From a virus (lineage: Duplodnaviria > Heunggongvirae > Uroviricota > Caudoviricetes): a DNA stretch of 64,000 bases. Every line of letters begins with the position of its first letter. The first letter of the stretch is position 1. Shown one piece after another: positions 60,904 to 64,000 of the stretch. The DNA lies in IMG/VR virus record IMGVR_UViG_3300037400_004417. One strand, given 5' to 3'. The notes beneath the pieces were generated by a model. That model worked only from the letters and a program-made list of their open reading frames with translations. It did no database searches and had not been told where the DNA came from. The translations under genes were made by a program, and so were the position numbers.

Positions 60904-61563
60904 TTATTCTCCTTTGCTGTATTGTCCTAACCATTCTTTCGCACAAGCTATACTATAATGAAGATCAAAATCTCGATGGATTCTAATATAATCTTCTATT
61001 TTTTCCATATCATACTGTCTGATATAATCAGCCATTTCTTTAAGTGACTTAAACTGCTGATGATCCCATAATTTGACGAATTTGGCATCTGGCTTAATTT
61101 CTTTCTTAAAGTTTAAGAAATCATTAATGTCATCTTGCTCCGAATGAGGGAATATTGCCAGGAAATCTTCTGCAGTATTTTCTAAGTAAGTTTCTACGTC
61201 AAAATAATCGAAGAAGTCTGTATTACAGGAAAACACAGTCGCCGCCAGTTCTTCATCCGTATAATTCTTTGGATCTTTTATATTACATTTTACGAGATAG
61301 CCCTTTTCAGGATCATATTCTTCAAAGTATATGTCAGCTTCACAATCATCACAGTAAATTTCGCCACGGCCATTAATGATTTCTTCCTTGATAAAATTCA
61401 TAATATCAGAAGTGTCTGTAGTAACATCGGCACGAAAAGTTTCGTTAATATCATGCAACACTGTTATCCTAGCAGATACATTTGCTTGTAGATTTATAGG
61501 ACTACCGCAATAAGGACATTTATTCCAAGCGAATTTTTCCATTTGAAATTTTCTCCTCGTCAA
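60904..61563 (-). CDS. hypothetical protein with N-terminal zinc ribbon
   Basis: CPYCGSP...CDDCEAD. Confidence 0.4.
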   Translation of the reverse strand: MTRRKFQMEKFAWNKCPYCGSPINLQANVSARITVLHDINETFRADVTTDTSDIMNFIKEEIINGRGEIYCDDCEADIYFEEYDPEKGYLVKCNIKDPKNYTDEELAATVFSCNTDFFDYFDVETYLENTAEDFLAIFPHSEQDDINDFLNFKKEIKPDAKFVKLWDHQQFKSLKEMADYIRQYDMEKIEDYIRIHRDFDLHYSIACAKEWLGQYSKGE

Positions 61564-61885
61564 ATTCAGTCAGCCAAACAGTTTCACCAGTATGAAGCAT
61601 ATGCTCTTCGTTTATGATCCATAATACATCATGACTCCCGTCTTCCAAATTTTCAATCTTAGGACCTACGATAGAATATAAATAATTAACTAAGATATTC
61701 TTCTTAATGCGACATGCAATATCGCCGCAATCATCATCGCCAGCTACTTCGTAATAATACTTTCCTTCTTGTATACTATAAGGATCTAATCTTATTTCAA
61801 ATACCTCGTAGGTTTCTACTTTGCCGTCAATTAAAATACCTATTTCAAAATCTGCGGCAGTTTCTTCGTACTTATACCTAGCCAT
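61520..61885 (-). CDS. hypothetical protein
   Basis: 121-aa ORF. Confidence 0.4.
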   Translation of the reverse strand: MARYKYEETAADFEIGILIDGKVETYEVFEIRLDPYSIQEGKYYYEVAGDDDCGDIACRIKKNILVNYLYSIVGPKIENLEDGSHDVLWIINEEHMLHTGETVWLTEFDEEKISNGKIRLE

Positions 61886-62057
61886 TAAAATATCACCTTC
61901 CTAATACTCCAAGCCATATAAATGCAACACCCGTTATAAATCCAGACATAAAAGACAACTGTAAACAAGCGAATTTATCGTCTTCATCATATTTGCTGTA
62001 AGACATAGCCAAGAATAAAATTGATAACAGTAAAGTTATTATTTCGATATACATTTT

Positions 62058-62342
62058 TTAGTTATCTTCTATAATTTCAAAGACGTTAAAAGTTCTACAA
62101 TAAAGTTTTGAATCGATGTCTTCTTTTGACGTTACGGCAACTGTTCCATTAATTTCTAAAGTTACAGAATAGCCGCCGTTTTTATCTTCATAATCCTTTA
62201 TTATTTCGATATCTACGTTAGTCATTTCAGAACAGTCATCCTTTCTGACATTCTCGATATCTTCTTGAAGATACTTATTGTAATCCTGAATACAGCTATA
62301 CCATAACTTTTTAGTAGCTCTTATATCATACTCATATATCAT
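62058..62342 (-). CDS. hypothetical protein
   Basis: 94-aa ORF. Confidence 0.4.
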   Translation of the reverse strand: MIYEYDIRATKKLWYSCIQDYNKYLQEDIENVRKDDCSEMTNVDIEIIKDYEDKNGGYSVTLEINGTVAVTSKEDIDSKLYCRTFNVFEIIEDN

Positions 62343-62788
62343 AACCTGTCTCCTCGAATCTTATATAATCTCAAAATAAATTCTTTTTCTGTTAATACAG
62401 TCCTTCTAATGTCATTTTTGCCAATGCTATGAATAAGTTTATTTTTGCCAGTATCGAATAAAGCCTGCTTGAAATCATTGTTCAAGCTCAAAGCTTTAAA
62501 AGCTTTATCTAGCAGGAGTTGATATTCGGTGCTATCTCTTTTAATCTCTTTCCCTTGCCAGTGTAATACTTGATTTCTATACCATCTCTTTTTCTTGCCT
62601 TTAAATTTAGCATCTTTACCATACAACTGACATATTTCTATCTGTCGATATATGTCTTTAAATTTTAAAGATTGCAAAAATCCTTCCATTGAAGCGCATT
62701 TTACGCCGTCTATGACAAAATGATGCTCTGCAAAATTTGACAATGTCTTAGATAGAAAAGACTCATCCTTGCCTATATCGATTAGCAT
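62339..62788 (-). CDS. NADAR (YbiA/DUF1768-like) domain protein
   Basis: LSNFAEHHFVIDGVKCASMEGFLQSLKF aligns to YbiA FSNFAAWPIKVDGKTWPTSEHYFQAQKF; ALFDTGKNKLIHSIG aligns to LLLATAPAKLVEHTEND. Confidence 0.55.
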   Translation of the reverse strand: MLIDIGKDESFLSKTLSNFAEHHFVIDGVKCASMEGFLQSLKFKDIYRQIEICQLYGKDAKFKGKKKRWYRNQVLHWQGKEIKRDSTEYQLLLDKAFKALSLNNDFKQALFDTGKNKLIHSIGKNDIRRTVLTEKEFILRLYKIRGDRL

Positions 62789-62848
62789 TAGTCTATATCC
62801 TCAAGATCTAGTTTTTCGATTATGAAACCCATTTCGCTGACAATGTCT

Positions 62849-63322
62849 CTAATTTTTGATTTTATACCATAGACTTTTTTCTGTAATAATTGCCTCCATT
62901 TGATCAATCTTATTTTCTAAGTCATCATTTTTGCATTCTAAATCGTAAATTTTATCTTCGAAACCTTTTATATCACATTGTAAAGCTTCTATTTCCTCGT
63001 CACGATCTTCTACTTGAGATTCTAATTCATTTTTTTCACTTTCTAAGTCATCTATATCTGATTCAAGATGATCTATATCTCTTTGTAAATCTTCGACTTC
63101 ATACTGTAAATACTCTTCTCTTTCTGAGACCTGATTATTAATAGCTGTTACATAATCGGCGGCGTCATTTCCTAACTTATTTCTGATTAAATCAATAAAA
63201 TCGTCGGCATTAGAGATAAAATAATTTTCGCCGCCAATCTGTAAGACATTGATAGAATCTAAATCGAGCATGCCTTTTTCTCCACTTGAATCTCGCAAGG
63301 AAACCAACTGCCATAAGCCCAA
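62849..63322 (-). CDS. coiled-coil protein
   Basis: 157 aa with heptad-like acidic repeats (DIDHLESDIDDLESEKNELESQVEDRDEEIEALQ). Confidence 0.4.
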   Translation of the reverse strand: MGLWQLVSLRDSSGEKGMLDLDSINVLQIGGENYFISNADDFIDLIRNKLGNDAADYVTAINNQVSEREEYLQYEVEDLQRDIDHLESDIDDLESEKNELESQVEDRDEEIEALQCDIKGFEDKIYDLECKNDDLENKIDQMEAIITEKSLWYKIKN

Positions 63323-63498
63323 ATGCCAATTTTAGTTTCGCATTTCTTGCATTTCACGGTATATTCTACTGTTCCTTGGTCGTCGTTGATATAATCAGTA
63401 TCTTCTGTGTCAGTAGAACCACAGATGGGACATCGATATTCACTCATCACAAAACACCTCAACAAAAACATTAAAATTCTTATCATCAGGAATAGCAA
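63259..63498 (-). CDS. small zinc-ribbon protein
   Basis: CPICGS...CKKCETK. Confidence 0.4.
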   Translation of the reverse strand: MLFLMIRILMFLLRCFVMSEYRCPICGSTDTEDTDYINDDQGTVEYTVKCKKCETKIGIWAYGSWFPCEIQVEKKACSI

Positions 63499-64000
63499 AG
63501 AAAATATTCATATGCCTATTCAGTTTTTCAATTTCTTCATTAAATATTGTAGCTACTTCTATCGGATCCTGCTTAAATACTCCGCAACCCCAAGCTCCTA
63601 AAATTAAAATGTCTACATAATTTTGTGCTGCGATATTCAAAACAAACTTTATACGATTTCTTAAAACTTTACTGTTCTCTTCTTCAGCAAAGTTACCATA
63701 TTTATACAGAAGACTTTTGTTCGGAGCGGCACAAGTAATTACATCACATGATACTACGCTTTTTTCGTTACGAAAATAAACGCCAGGAGTGTATAATGCC
63801 CTATCCTTGTACAGACCTCTATTTTTATTATGCCTGTTATCTTTGTAGTAAGTATCATTAAACTCTTTTAATACATTAAACAAGAAAGATGAATGGCATA
63901 AGGATTCTTCCTGTGCCGTAGAACCATCTAAGAATCTGCCGCCAGGATTATTATAAGAAGCAAAGTTAAGAACAGCTGTTTTTGAGAATGCATTCTGCTC
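63440..64000 (-). CDS. microbial PARG-like macrodomain protein (partial; N-terminus beyond window)
   Basis: frame open to the window edge; NFASYNNPGGRFLDGSTAQEESLCHSS matches the PARG GGx-x6-8-QEE signature; VDILILGAWGCGVFKQDP matches the TIGR02452/DUF2263 macro fold. Confidence 0.55.
   Translation of the reverse strand, partial: EQNAFSKTAVLNFASYNNPGGRFLDGSTAQEESLCHSSFLFNVLKEFNDTYYKDNRHNKNRGLYKDRALYTPGVYFRNEKSVVSCDVITCAAPNKSLLYKYGNFAEEENSKVLRNRIKFVLNIAAQNYVDILILGAWGCGVFKQDPIEVATIFNEEIEKLNRHMNIFFAIPDDKNFNVFVEVFCDE

Noticed and set aside
1-64000. CRISPR arrays and tRNA genes
   Set aside because: No regularly spaced direct repeats were found; the dispersed repeats are intron cores. No cloverleaf or T-loop GTTCGAATC-type signatures were recognised by eye, although a tRNAscan run would be needed to be sure

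Overview
Low-GC, phage-like replication/recombination/nucleotide-metabolism module, probably from a large phage of a low-GC Gram-positive host. Nearly every gene is on the minus strand in long co-directional operons. Recognisable products: NrdD and NrdG (anaerobic RNR and its activase), ThyX, GyrA and GyrB, RecA, two SSBs, HU, a Rad52/Sak-like annealase, a Gam-like protein, a PC4/YdbC-like ssDNA binder, a family-4 UDG, UvrD-like and SNF2-like helicases, a classical AAA ATPase, ClpX and ClpP, a Pnkp-like kinase-phosphatase-ligase, a PF10127-like nucleotidyltransferase, an SPFH protein, a PARG-like macrodomain protein next to a NADAR protein, an MCP chemoreceptor, and an inserted IS607-family element (serine-recombinase TnpA plus TnpB). 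The dominant signal is an extraordinary load of self-splicing group I introns. At least 15 introns, in four sequence families recognisable by conserved R/S (P7) core elements, split nrdD (3), gyrB (3), gyrA (2, flanking a 32-codon micro-exon), the UvrD-like helicase (2), recA, clpX, the SNF2 helicase, the AAA ATPase and one unidentified gene. There is also an orphan intron-like core beside the IS607. Four paralogous double-motif LAGLIDADG homing endonucleases sit inside introns of three different families, one of them encoded antisense to its intron. Several exon/intron junctions could be placed to the nucleotide: the exon ends in U and the intron ends in G, consistent with group I splice sites. 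The ORF track omits exons that lack an ATG and ORFs under about 60 aa. It also reports GTG starts as M. Those pieces were read from the sequence directly.
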